A stretch of DNA of 63,761 bases, counting the filler, from Choristocarpus tenellus KU-1152 (Eukaryota > Protista > Phaeophyceae), in assembly GCA_964200185.2 (NCBI GenBank). It is 12 parts of 12 records of this genome, joined end to end, with 100 filler letters (N's around TTAATTAATTAA, not from the genome) between each part and the next. Parts side by side here need not be neighbours in the genome. Positions count along the whole stretch, not along the records: positions 12,558 to 15,718 come from CAXNAD020021866.1; positions 15,819 to 20,631 come from CAXNAD020012960.1; positions 20,732 to 23,390 come from CAXNAD020025888.1; positions 23,491 to 29,934 come from CAXNAD020008130.1; 8 more parts are not named here. One strand, given 5' to 3'. The notes beneath the pieces were generated by a model that saw nothing but the letters and a program-made list of their open reading frames with translations, was not told the DNA's origin and searched no databases. Shown piece by piece: positions 13,490 through 26,461 of the stretch. A program made the translations under genes and the position numbers. Within the stretch, counting starts at the first letter, position 1, and the number at the start of each line of letters is the position of its first letter.

Positions 13490-15623
13490 CGAATGATGTC
13501 GACTTATATCGCTTATACCCTGTCTGTATAGCTAAGGAAAGTGAGGATCGAAGCACAGGCTGGGGAACGGATGTGACTGGTCGAACGGGTTTTGATGCAT
13601 TGCTTTCTGGAACGAACGAGGTCCCGTGTTTCCCAGGAACGGAGGCAGGTTGGTCGTTTAAGGCAGCACAGACAGTGGGCGAGGAGTTCTGGGTAAAAAC
13701 AGGTTGAAGCATCGGCGCAAGGGCTGCCAGTACACTGTTGACAACCTCTTGGTGTGGCAGTGAAATTTGGCTTGTTACGTCTTCCTGGATGAACGCCCTG
13801 TTCTGGCGAGGTAGTCCCAGTTCCTGCCTGCTGATCAGGGTTTCGGCTGAGATGGTAGAAGGGTGTGACATGCTAGTAAACATAGCACGCGCATCTGCCA
13901 TGCTACCCAAAGCAGTATGAGTCTTATCTTTGTGCGATGTAGATTTTGTAGCATTGGGGTCGGCTGGGACAGATATGTATTGATCGCTTTGATTGGATAA
14001 TTCCTGGATAATTCCTCTATGTGATCATCAAAGATCCGTTCTGCTGATTCTACGGTTCACCATTTCGTTCCCCAAAGGATTATCTCTGCAAACTTTCTAG
14101 TGGGCGAATTTGGCTTCAAATTTCTTTGCGAATGAAAATGCCATATTCTAAACTCCGATTTGGTCTAGGACATTGGGAGAAGAGTTGGGAGGGCTCGTTA
14201 ACTCAAGCCAATGAGTTGATCTTACCTATGAATCCTCCCCCCGAAAAGAGTTTAATATGTATGAGGCATCTTCGAGTCCATGTTATACGCTCAATAGTGC
14301 AAAAATAGGCGATTGGCCGCAGCCTTCCACAACTCTCTCTTTTTGTCTAGAATAACTCATGGCCACTTTAACTGCATTTTTTGACTGGTCATAGTGAATT
14401 CTTTCACCAAAATGTGGACCAACTCGGTTGCTGTTATGTCATCTCGAGGAATCTGTAAGAGCTGCTCTGTAATGCTCGAAACGTCGATTGTAGACCAGTC
14501 ACTCAGAAGATCGCTGGGTGTCATAAGAGTGTCAGACAAGAGTTGTTCGAGGAACACGATGCGGGAAGGGGTTAATTAATCACTTCGTGGATGCGATGCA
14601 TGAGTGTGTTGAGCCATCACGGGTGCTGAAGGATTTCTTGTGAGGTGTGGCCCTGGGCTGGAACCTCTTCCAGTCTTTGATTCCAGAACGAATCTGTGCA
14701 TCAAGTATGATTCGATTTCCCTCAAACTCTGTGAGTCAGACATTTCTGCCTACTCAGGTAAATAAAAGAACGACTTGATAAAAAATCAGAAATGTGAGTG
14801 TATGAATGACGAGAAATAACTACCTCAGCAACGTCTATACCACGGCAGTCAGAGACCACTCGTTTAGGGTCTTGGAGCCAAAGATGCCATCATGCCAGTC
14901 ATTTCATCCAAGTCAGAAGGGGTATAAGAGTTAAGTGATTAAAACGCTCCAAAACCATCTAAGCAGACGATGAAACCAAGCAGAAGAAAATCCAGGCTAT
15001 CGTAGGGATCTAATATGAATACGAAGTGCTGAGGTGAATACTGAGTAATCTCTCCAGTTGAAGAGACAAGGTAGGACCTCATGTTGCAACAGGCTCTAGA
15101 ACTTACCTCCACAGGAATTGTAACTCTAATCCAACAACCTTTAAACGACGCTGCTGGGGTATCCACAGATGATAGCCACTTGCGGGGGTGTCAGCCACTC
15201 TTCTCTCGATGCATCACTTAGGGCTTAGGTTAAAGCTTGACTTGATGCTTTATCCGAGAAATAATAAAAGAGAGTGGGCAAGAATAGAATGAGTGACCAA
15301 TAAAAGTATTATAATATTCAAGTCCCCCACCCGATTTCTACAGACAATAATTTTAAAGACATCTTCCAGCCTTTGTATACGTACTCAAATTCAAATATTT
15401 CCTGTAACTTCAAAGAAATCGGTATTCATTCTCTAAGATTACTTACGCATTACAAATCTTACTCTGCATCTTCTAGCAAATCAGAATTCCTCTTGTAAGA
15501 ATCCTTACGTGTGTATACTGTGCTGAGAAGTTTGGCGCATATAAGGCTCGTCGCCGAAAGCTAGTAGTTGAATTACATGGTTAAACATACACTGAATATT
15601 AATTATCCTCTGGGCCTTTGTCT

Positions 15624-15919
15624 GGGTCAAAGTATCTGGGGGGGTGGGGGTGGTGGTTTGTGAGGGGGCTTCCGTTTGGGTCAAACAACTTTTTTTTGCT
15701 GACATTTCAAATCCGACANNNNNNNNNNNNNNNNNNNNNNNNNNNNNNNNNNNNNNNNNNNNTTAATTAATTAANNNNNNNNNNNNNNNNNNNNNNNNNN
15801 NNNNNNNNNNNNNNNNNNAAATCGAACACGTGCGACCAAACCAATCAAAAAAGTAAAAAACAAAAAAAGAGAGAAAAAAGGCCGCCGACCCCCCCCCCCC
15901 CCCCAAGATACTTTGACCC
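15624..15919. mobile_element. MITE family A-like ends on both sides of a spacer (probably two different partial copies)
   Basis: gggtcaaagtatctggggg at 15624 and cccaagatactttgaccc ending at 15919. Flanks GTCT and TTCA do not match. Confidence 0.65.
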
Positions 15920-15974
15920 TTCACTTGTGTGCTTGGTGCGCTTGAAGAGGTATTGCCATGTCTTGAAGTCCTGT

Positions 15975-16335
15975 GTAACAGTTGGAAGTATCTAGTGGTT
16001 GAAGCATGTAACAGCTGGAGCATGTATTCGTTCAAGCATGTAGCAGTTGAAGCATTTTTACAGTTGGAGAATGTAGCATTGTGAAGCATGTAACAGTTGG
16101 AACATGTAGCATTACCAATCATGTGACGGTTGAGGCATGTAACAGTTGGAGCATGTAGCATTACCAAGCATATAGCAGTTAAGGGATGTAGCAGTTGAAG
16201 CATGTAGCATTACCAAGCATGTAACGTTTGAGGCATGTAACAGTTGTAGCATGTAGCATTACCAAGCATATAGCAGTTAAGGGATGTAGCAGTTGAAGCA
16301 TGAAGCGTTACCAAGCATGTAACGGTTGGAAGCAT
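15975..16335. repeat. Minisatellite with ~17-bp units (gaagcatgtaacagttg alternating with gcatgtagcattaccaa)
   Basis: About 20 degenerate units are directly visible, with a higher-order repetition. Confidence 0.85.
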
Positions 16336-16613
16336 CAGGTCGATCGTTCCAGTTGTCAAAGGTGTACTGTTGTAGTGTTTGTGTTCCTGCGTCAAATATA
16401 ATTGAAATAGTTGGGCACAGATTGAGGTTATGTATCTGTGTACTTGTCTTGTGTGTGTTTGTGTGAGGGTTAGGGTTAGGGTTAGGGTTTGTGTGTGTGA
16501 GTGCTTATTATTGGACCTTCCAGTCTCTCGTGGACATGATTAATGCTCTTTTGAAAGTGTGTTGTATGGTCTTATTCTACCTCACTCAAACCAATGCTAC
16601 TTCATGCTGGCAG

Positions 16614-17826
16614 GAAAGCATGCAGAGTACTTTGGGGGTGACTCCACAGTCACATTGGCAGCAGAAGATGAAGAGGAGGAAGAGGAGGCGGAAGGTGAGA
16701 GTGATGGGGATGATGTCGCAAGGTGTTGGTGAAGGACCGTAGAGAGCGATACTACGTCTTGCATCCTATGTTTTGGTGTTGTGAATCAAAAGCATTTTTG
16801 AGCGTAATCTAAATTGGCTAGAAGTATCTCAAGATACTTGATTTTTTGATTAAATTGTACACATGAATCAAACCATTGCAAGCGGTTGGGAATCTCCGAG
16901 CTTCACAGACATGCACACTATGTACATTCACTTGAATAATAATAATTAGTTGAAAATCACCCCCTTGATTTCTGGTCTTGACTGGTCAGAGAGTATAATT
17001 GAATTGCTTAGTAGGTGGGTGGCAGCTGAGACTGTCCAAAAACGTCCTGCAGTTTGTTTGTTTTTTCCGGTTTTGGAGTTTCATCTTCTTGAACAGCTTG
17101 GAACGGCCATAAAGAAAGGAATACGTTCCAAGGTGGTGTGTGACAGATAGTGACGTGGAGAAAAATGATTGAATACTACTTAGGTTATAGGGCTAGGGTT
17201 ATAGGGTTAGGGAGTATAATATACCCTAGCTTGATCGAGTTAAGTGCTTTCATGTGTGTGACATGGCCCCACATGGTTTCACTGTCCTTCTATTGGTTAC
17301 ATTGTGATACGTTTGATGTTGGAACATGGTAAGAGAGTGTTCAGTGCAGAAAGTTTTGCCCCCATTCTGAATGTGTGTCCTTGAGCAACCTTCTTGTGTT
17401 AGTCAGCCTTCCGATCTGGACCTTGACATGTTGGTTACTGTTCCCCTTTCCTCATCTTTGCTACTTCAAGGCATGGATGAGTGCTCTGTTGAAGAGGAAG
17501 GGGAAGGAGAAGAGGATGGAGAGGAGGGCGAATGTACATCTGATGTTGATGACTACGATGATGATGACTACGATTATGAAGGCACCTCAAGTGATTACAC
17601 GGAAGATGTTGAGGATGAGTCTGATCACGGTGAACGGATACTTGAAAGAGCCAGTGACAAAGAGGAAGATGAAGAGGAGGGCTCCTATGACGATAGTGAA
17701 GAGGAACTTTATGATGACTATGATGATGGGTATGACTCAGAGGACTATGATGATGATAGTTATGAAGAGCTAGAGGGGGGAGGGGGAGGGGGAGGGGGAG
17801 GGGGAGGCAGAGGGAAGACATCGTAA
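16614..17826 (+). CDS. Last two exons of a protein with a highly acidic (D/E/Y-rich) C-terminal region
   Basis: Exon 16614-16694 (CAG|..KHAEYFGGDSTVTLAAEDEEEEEEAE G|GTGAGA) joins in phase 1 to 17471-17826 (AAG|GMDECSVEEEGEGEEDG...YEELEGGGGG..GKTS*). Confidence 0.55.
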
Positions 17827-20800
17827 CTGTTTGTCGTATTGTTCATTTTTATATTGAATAGCGAGATGACCGGTAGTGATAGATGGGAGAGATGTGGGCG
17901 CTGTTACTTGCTTGGTACTCTTGGGTATTTTGTAAGGTTGACTGTTGGGATAGCATGTTCAGTTGGCACAGACAGACGTGCTTGTCCTGTGTACTTGGGT
18001 ATTGTTTGCTTCCCCAACACATGCTTGTGCTCCTCCTAGTACAGGGGAAAGGGTCTGGGTCAATGGGTTGAGATTTATTTGTACAAGCAATGCCCTTATG
18101 ATGCTATTTATGTGCACTATGTAACGTGGTGTGACCTGATCAAGACAGGAGATACACAAGTTAGTCAACGCCATCTCACCATGAATGAATTATATCTTAG
18201 AGTTTGGTGAGGATTAGCCAAGAGATTTGACAATTTGCTGGTGGTAGTTGATTGAGGAATAGAGTGAGAGGACTAGACTAGCACAAGAAGATACCTGATT
18301 TATTGGGGTATGTTTGAGTCACAACTGAATTAGACTTGATAAAAAAAAATGTATTGGTGAAGCTTGTTTGAAATGCTACCCATATCAGCAGCACTATGTG
18401 ATTGTCTGTTACGTGTTACCAGATTGTAGTTAAATCATCCAAAAGCGCAGTAATTAGACACACACAACATTTCCATGCATCTCTCTTCTGACTCCAGACT
18501 TCTGGATTGCAGCCTAATTGTAAGAGGTCAACCAAAGCTCATCTACTATCTCCATAATTTATTGTGATGCCAAGTAAGATATGGAGAGGCTGGATACATT
18601 CTATGAAATGTAACTAGTCTTGCACCATAGAAGTTCTCCATTCATGACTCTGGCATACGGTATGCCAAGTAAAATATAGAGAGGCTGAACACATTCTGTT
18701 TTCTCACCTCAATTTGAGTCAACTCTCTCATCTTGTCTAATCTTTTGATGTAGCTCATACCCTCTACACAGGATGATGAGTTATCCCTACCACTATTCCC
18801 AAAGCAATAAATAAATAAATGCAAATCAAACTTGGGACAAAATGTTCCAACTCAAGTCTCAACAGTTCTTACATGTGGATTGTCTTTGTACTAAGTACTA
18901 AGTAGTGGTGGTGGGTGCTGTGGTTGCAAATAGAGTGCAGGTCAACCGCAACCCTTGTCATATGGTGCACTCCAAGCAGGTGCATAGTTGGAATCATCTG
19001 CATCCCACTTGTCTGTAAGCTACGTCACTTTTCCTTCTTAGAACCATGATGAAGCAGTGACAAAGCGATTCAGACTTAACTTAATACCTGGTTCACTTTC
19101 TTTTACGGCCTACCCTTTCAAAATTAGACCACTAATCTAAATCCAAATATTGTTACTATTTGACATATTTGTATGCCATCAAGGAGGGTGTTTCCATGGT
19201 TCACTGTCTTAGTGCTGTTTCAAGTCTCACCCGTTTTTAGCTTGTATAGTACCACTACTATATATATATGTATGTATATGAAGTATGATGATGGTCATGT
19301 CCTTGCTATACCATTCATCAAAGCAGCTTCTCTTGAAACATAGATTATCCGTGTTATTTTCTACAAGAAGCACACCACTAAAATGAAATATACTGTATTG
19401 TACACATAAGGATTCAACAAAAACAACCATCACTGATTGCCATTGCATCCATCCACCATGATGAGCTGAAAAAGCATTCAAATGCGTGGGCATGGGGAAG
19501 ACTAGAGCAAGGCAATGTAGCCATGGCTAGGCTCTTGAAGCACCTCCCATGCATCAGCGGTACATACACATGCCACATGCAGTAATTCTACAACACGCCA
19601 CCACTTACTTCAATGCAGTATCTCACACACATGAATTTGCTCAGAAGCAGACACAAGATCGAAATAGATTTAGAACAGTCACTGCTTGTCTACCACTCTA
19701 CTACAAAAACAAAAAAGAAATTCACATTCCGAGACCAAAAGGTCATCCCTTTTCCCGGTACGAGTTCCCAAGAGACCGCTGTCCATCACATTACATCACA
19801 TCACATCACATCACATCTCACAGACACAAAATAAAATAATATAATATCCCAGGCCTTTTGAGTCGCAACATCATACTCTAGCATGAGGAATGCCTTCTGA
19901 TGGAATTACAAGATCACGCCCAATCCAGGGCAAAGGCATAGGGAAGAATCACCACAGCAACAGTATGCGTGTCTCATAGAAAGCATTGACAAAACCAACA
20001 CAATTCAAGGTCATCAGTCAGATTTGCTTTGGTGTGACAAGCACAGTGTTAGCATCTACTCAACTCTTCCAGAGTGCGCTGCTCACTCAACACATCTCTT
20101 TTCCACATCACATACAACAGCAGGAAGGCCAGGGCCAAGCACACACTACATACCACGGTATCGCAAGCACCAGGAGCACTTAACAACGCAAAGCTCACAC
20201 AATATAGGTGCACACCAGCAGGAGTGACACCTAACATGTCGATCATGTGGTGCATTTATCTCCAACAGAATAGTGGTCCTATCTACCCGGCATCCTTCCC
20301 AATCACTCGAAACAGCTCTTACCGTCATTCAGATCTGGAGGGGTGAGGGTAAGAGTGTGCATAAACAACAAGTCGTATGTCAAAATAATGATTATCTTCT
20401 CCTTCTCAATTGGAATGTTTTATGTATGCATCAGGCCATCATCTGGGCAGAACCACCACTTCAAAAAGGTGCAGCCCCAGCACCCACAAAGAGATCCCCC
20501 ACTGCCCATCCAACCACACCCCAATAAAAGGAGTTGCACAGAGCCCCTGTCCCTCTCAACCCACACCTCCTACAGGTATAGGGTTAGGGTAACCAGCCCG
20601 TGCTATTCAACCTACAAGTCAAGCCACCAAGNNNNNNNNNNNNNNNNNNNNNNNNNNNNNNNNNNNNNNNNNNNNTTAATTAATTAANNNNNNNNNNNNN
20701 NNNNNNNNNNNNNNNNNNNNNNNNNNNNNNNGGTGAAGAATGATGGAGTGCGCCCAAGGAACGGGGGTGTGGTGGGGGGTGGGGGGGGTCTTGCCTGTGT

Positions 20801-20919
20801 GGGGGTTGTGTTCCAGGAAATGGGACGGGGAATTGAGGGAGAAAATCTTGCCTTCACTTTTCGTGCCTCCGCTTCCGTCTCACTGCGGCTCTCCTCGACC
20901 TCCAACCATCTGTTCTCAG

Positions 20920-20977
20920 ATCGTTGGAGCTGGAGAACAACCGCCTTGAAAGAGAAGCAGCTGCACGGAAACTTCAG
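20920..20977 (+). CDS. Possible isolated coiled-coil exon (SLELENNRLEREAAARKLQ)
   Basis: ttctcag acceptor, heptad-like peptide, candidate donor CAG|GCAAGA. Confidence 0.3.
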
Positions 20978-23490
20978 GCAAGATCATTTCTCTGGTGTAC
21001 CTTCTCCCATCCCCTGTACCACCATCGTACATTCCATATTCATCCAGACAAGACCACCTCTCTCCCCACCACATCCCCATTCCTTGCGTACATACCATCT
21101 CGCGTATGCACTTCCTAAGAGCATGAGCAAGTAAGTCTGCTTTGAAAGTAATTGATTCTGTTGTTGGATCTTGAGAGTGTGGATGAAAAAAGTCCCCTCT
21201 CCTGTGTGACCCTGTAGGATTCAGAACTCTTCATTTATATATCCAGAGCTCTAGGCAATTTGTGACTGTTTAAAGTTTATAGTGTAGATATGTATAATTT
21301 GCATGATTATGTGCTGGTGCGTTTTGACAAGTTTTGACACGGTCGCATTTCGGACCCCTCCATTCAAAGCGATATCTATTTCTCCTATGATTTGGAACCA
21401 GATACCCAACGAATAAACAATCCTCTATCCTCTCAACGTCAACTGCAAAGGACCATGCCCCTTGACAACACTCGGCTGAGGGCTGAAGGGTATGGTTCCT
21501 ACAGCTGCGGTTCATATCCTGATAAGGCATTGAGATTAAGGAAGAAAGGAAACGTTTCCCCCAATACTCAAGAGCAAACGACCAATCACTTAGTAACGCT
21601 GGTATCGACAAGTACAAGAAACCACATTCCTGGCACATCGAAGGAATGCCGAGCTGCCATGGTATCCACAGTAGGTGAGGCTGCACAATATGTTTACTGG
21701 TCAGGTTTGCAAGCTACGGATTGAGTAGGAGAGGAATGTACAAAAAATAAATATATCAATCAAATCAATAATATATGTTAGTCTGGATGCACAGTTTCAT
21801 CAGTTACATGTTGTGAACTGGCCTATCATCGTACATTCACATGAATGAAGAATATCTTATCCAAGTCTTCCTGTCTGAACACTTGACCCAAGGCACACAT
21901 TGCACAAATCTTTCACCTCGCATTATTTATTATAGAAGTACAAGAAAACCTGATCTATATGTACTTGGGTGTTTCTTGCCAAAACTGCGTACCCCCTTTT
22001 TTCCCATATATATGCTAGGGTATGTCCACTAACCCCTACGGACACCCATGTTGAAAGAACAAGAGTTAGGACAGCGCGGAAGACGGGATAAACTTCGATT
22101 GATGTGAAAAGGATAGACCATGAATGAGGGGTTGGTGAAGGCATATACTCCGAACTGTGGGTGAGGGGGATTATCAGAGAGGGCTGTTGTTGATGATCTT
22201 TCAAAACATAAATATGATACATTTTGTTAAGTAGGGAAATAAATATACAACCCAAATGCAAATTACCACTACTTTATAAACTAAATACTCCAAGTAGTAC
22301 TTTGTAGCCATCATAAGTTCTCTCCTCTTTTTTCCCCCCGATTCCAAGAACATAAAATATTATCCAATCCCTCATCCAGAATGTACCAATACTGCTACTA
22401 CTCATCTCGACTTGACGGGTAAACAGTTCTACCCTTGGTCGAAGCACTGAGCCTCCCACTATCCTTAAGATGACACAAGCCAACAGCATCGTTCTGTTGG
22501 GAACACTATACACCCCCGTCAATTCTCTCCTTGTTATATAATCTCTACAGACAGTTGGCGAAGCTGGTGTTGGTCGTGAGGGGATGGGATGCAACGGTGG
22601 TGGGAGGACGAGGGGTTGTGGCAATAGGATCCACCATGCGTACACAAGAATTTTTGGATACACTCATTTTTTCAGGGCAATAGAGTTGCCCCTTTGGTGT
22701 TCTGGTGAGCGAGGTATGGGCCATGGTGTGTGAACTTGGGGACAAGTTGGGTGTAGGCCACACACAAGTATCACCGAATGCTGGGAAGCTTCCTGTTCAT
22801 TGGCGGTATGGAAGCTTACCAAGTGTACCATACCAACATACTAGACAACGTATTGTTTCTTCTTTTGCATCTTAGCTCGTGTTAAAAACGCATTCAGTCT
22901 CCTGCCATTTCGTAAAATACGTACTTCTCACAAAAGAGATGTTTTCATTGTTTTTGACTTAGTATACTGTATTCTGAGTAGTATTCTTGGGTATATCGTT
23001 CTTACCATCTTGAATACTTCCTGTACCTCACGCCCTCCTCTCCCCTCAATTGTTATTCTTTTCATTGATAGATTGAATTGTGTGGTAAGTGAGTGGTTTG
23101 ATACAGCCTTCTTCAGTACACCTTAAATGCACTGTGCCAATAGTGTCGATATAGAGTGCTGGACATGGCTGATGTCACAACTATCTATCAGTAGTAGTAG
23201 GGTTAAGAGTGCTCTCTAGGTGTGTCATATTTGCATATCTCAGCAACGCAAAAGGTGTATGTCGCGATGGGCTGGATTATTCTAAACTAACAGAGATCAG
23301 CCAGAGACACAAACATATGTTACAGGCGAGTAGCGCGAGTATTTCTTCCCGCGCTTTGACTGGCGCGAGCAGTATACGCGCGTGGGGAACNNNNNNNNNN
23401 NNNNNNNNNNNNNNNNNNNNNNNNNNNNNNNNNNTTAATTAATTAANNNNNNNNNNNNNNNNNNNNNNNNNNNNNNNNNNNNNNNNNNNN

Positions 23491-23672
23491 GTGGAGGGGG
23501 GGGGGGGGGGGGGGGGAGTCTACACCAGGGTGTTCATTTGGGCCATAATCAGGAAAAGTGCACTTACATTATCCATCCCACGTACGCAACCAAATCACCC
23601 AAAAATCGCGACACAAAAAAAAATGACCCCAAATGGACAGCCAGCCCCCCCCCTCCCCCAGATACTTGAGCC
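23491..23672 (+). mobile_element. MITE family A copy, left end cut by spacer
   Basis: Matches 43540-43713 and 62280-62459 (tacaccagggtg...aggaaaagtgcacttaca...cccagatacttgagcc). Confidence 0.8.
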
Positions 23673-24172
23673 TTTGCAACCATAAAACAGACGACTCAAC
23701 TTCTGAGTACCACTATGCCGCTATGACTCCCGAACCATAGAAATTGAGAGGCAGGGAAGGGTGCATTATAGGGATGCCGAGAAACGGTAAAAACTCTCCA
23801 TTTTGAGCAATTGCAGGAAGAGCCTTTGTGGAATTGTGGTGTCACTTTGTTTATAGGAAGGGGGAATATGAATTTTGCGTACCCTCTCGTGCACATAAAG
23901 CAAGGAAATGGGGTGTATTGCACATCCCCTGCACGAAAAGGGCACCTGTGGAACGGCAAGACCCTGATCTTTCAATGCACCATACAGCGTTGATAGGTTG
24001 CGACAGCATTGCTATTGACGCAGCAAAGTGTGGTAGGCAAAATTGATTTTTGCCACTAAAAAAATGTAATTTTTTTTCTCCGAAACCGAATCCTATTTCC
24101 TACTATCTGCTCCCGTAATGATAGTACATTACTCATACTCCGTATGTACCAAAGAAATATCTATATTTCGGT

Positions 24173-24388
24173 TGCCCAAAGTAAACGAGAGGTACTCAGG
24201 TTCTGGCCGTTTGCATTTCAAGCCATTTATTGAAATGTTGGTGCTATGTTTGACCTGAGAATGTTGGTTTTGCTATTGTTTGAAAAATGCGACATAATTC
24301 AGAAAACATTCTATATGCATTCATGATAGTGACGAATTTTGAGGATCATTAAAATGCAACTCTGAGTACCTGTCATTTACGTTCACTC
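24173..24388 (+). mobile_element. MITE family C copy (diverged)
   Basis: cccaaagtaaacgagaggtactcag...ctgagtacctgtcatttacgttcactc, with internal similarity to the copies at 25459 and 26258. Confidence 0.7.
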
Positions 24389-24399
24389 AATAATTTGCA

Positions 24400-25990
24400 A
24401 TTTGTGGTCTGTCTGTGATACTCACCAATGAGGTACAGATGTAATATACTACTCGAGTGTATTTCCTTGATATCCCTAAGACAGGTACAAATAATTATAT
24501 TGCTTGTGTGGCGGTGATCAATATTTCCTAAAAACCTACCCTTTCATACTTCATTTTTTTGTCAAACGCACACGTTTTGTATTTATTTTGTATTGTGAGG
24601 CATGTCTGCGGTCCCTAGTAGGGTACAGAATAAACTTACTACAGGAGCACATTCCCATGATTTCTCAAAGCAAAGCACAAGCAGCAAGATTGATTGTGAC
24701 GGTGATCACTCGGCCAAATATATCTACTCCTGCAGCGTCCATTTAGTTGGCATGTGGCTGTGGTGTGTTGTAATGTGTATGTGTGTTCTGCCTGTGCTGT
24801 TAAATTTGGCACTGAAGGAATATAATACAATGCAGAACATAAACATGCGCCTTGTTATCCCATGGCATAGTATAAACAATACCCTTGCTTGTGGAGAGGT
24901 TGGCCATTATGCCTAAAGTCTATAGTATCCTAGAGGGGGGCCAGGCGTCCAACCAGACATTTGTGGCCCTTTAGTGATTTGTTGTCATTAGAGTCAACTT
25001 GTCAGAAACATCGATAACATCGACCCTTACTGTGTTCATTTTTTTAGACTGCAAACATTTTGTGTTGTAATATCCAAGGTGTGGTGTGTCTATGGTTCCT
25101 CACAGAATTTTTTGACACAACCGTTTTCCCTCTGTACCCCATGGCACTGGAACTTAACATGCATGCCCTTGTTGTGTCATTCTGTTCCCAATTTTATTGT
25201 GTGCTACCAAAGAGGGTACAGAATGAATGATTACATGAGTAAATATATCCCAACGGTATCCCATTGCGCGATACCAGCAACGATTTGTGGTTGTGGCGGT
25301 GATCACTACTGTCTAAAATGCCTACCTTTACAGCGTTCTTGGTATTGTCAGGCGCCATATTGATTACCTAAACCCAATGGGTGTACAGAATGAATTTTTC
25401 GAGATAACAATTTTACCTGAGCTTCCCATGGTATATTACAGACGATGGTATTGCTTGTGAGTCAAAGTAAACAAGAGTCACCCAGGTTTTGGTCGTTTTG
25501 CATTATTAGTCAGTTTTTCAATTTTTTCTATCCACCACCCAAATGTCTGTGGATAAAGTGCTAAATTTGACTTGAGAGTGTTGTTTTATCTATTGTTTGA
25601 GATGATTCGACAGAAATCGAGAGAATATACTATGCAATTTCTAAGAAAGCTGACTTTTATACATACTTGTCAGCATCCTTAAAATGCATCTCGGGTACCT
25701 CTCGTTTACTTTGACTCTGTGATGGTGATCACTATTGCCAAAAATATTCACCTTACCAGCGTTCATAGTGTTGGCATGAATTCCATTGTGTTGAAATTTG
25801 TGTTGCATGGTCTGTCTGAGCTATTTAATAGGGTGATGAAGTTAAGCGCTACTTGGTATTCTTGGGACAGTTTCAACAATGCTATTGCTCGTGATGATGA
25901 TCACTAATGCCTAAATATCCACCCCTACACCATTCCTTTGGCATGCAACCATGTTGTGGTAGTATTGACATGTGTGGTCCGTCCATGCTG
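24400..25990. repeat. Degenerate tandem array with a ~190-200 bp unit
   Basis: Recurrent attgc(t)tgtg..ggtgatcact..tgcc(t)aaa motif near 24500, 24695, 24885, 25290, 25450/25720 (split by a MITE) and 25885, with an intervening gggtacagaat motif in several units. Confidence 0.65.
25459..25717 (+). mobile_element. MITE family C copy inserted in a tandem-repeat unit
   Basis: TIRs gagtcaaagtaaacaagag / ctctcgtttactttgactc, TSD TGT/TGT. Removing the element restores the unit motif attgcttgtgatggtgatcact. Confidence 0.85.
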
Positions 25991-26257
25991 CCCGATTGGG
26001 CGCACTACATAATGAGTTTGTTCCATCGGTATTCCATGGCTTAACACAAACGACAACACATTTTGGAGCTATTGCGTAAAATGCCAAACCAACAAGTACA
26101 GCGTATGTTTTGTTTTGGGAATGTGGTGTGAATAGGGGGTCTGAGGGGGTACACGAAGAGTGAAGGCTAAGGGGTGAATAGGCCAGAGGATGCCCCCCTT
26201 GTCAGTGGCAATATATACTCTGGATATTTAAATGATCTGCACCACCTTTTTGCTAGT

Positions 26258-26461
26258 AACTCAAAGTAAACGAGAGGTATCCAGGTTTTGCCCTTTTTGC
26301 GTTTTAAGTCTGTTACTCAGAATTTTGCTATTCAATGTTTCTTCAGATGAAGCTCTAATTTTGACTTGACAGGTTGATTTCTCTATTATTTGCTGAATTT
26401 TGCGCGAATTTTTCAGCATCCTTAGAAAGTAACTCTGGGTACCTCTCGTTTACTTTGACTC
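26258..26461 (+). mobile_element. MITE family C copy
   Basis: aactcaaagtaaacgagaggta...tacctctcgtttactttgactc, TSD AGT/AGT. Confidence 0.85.

Noticed and set aside
15975-16335. CRISPR array or Cys/His-rich protein
   Set aside because: Contiguous degenerate minisatellite with no unique spacers, in a eukaryotic context.
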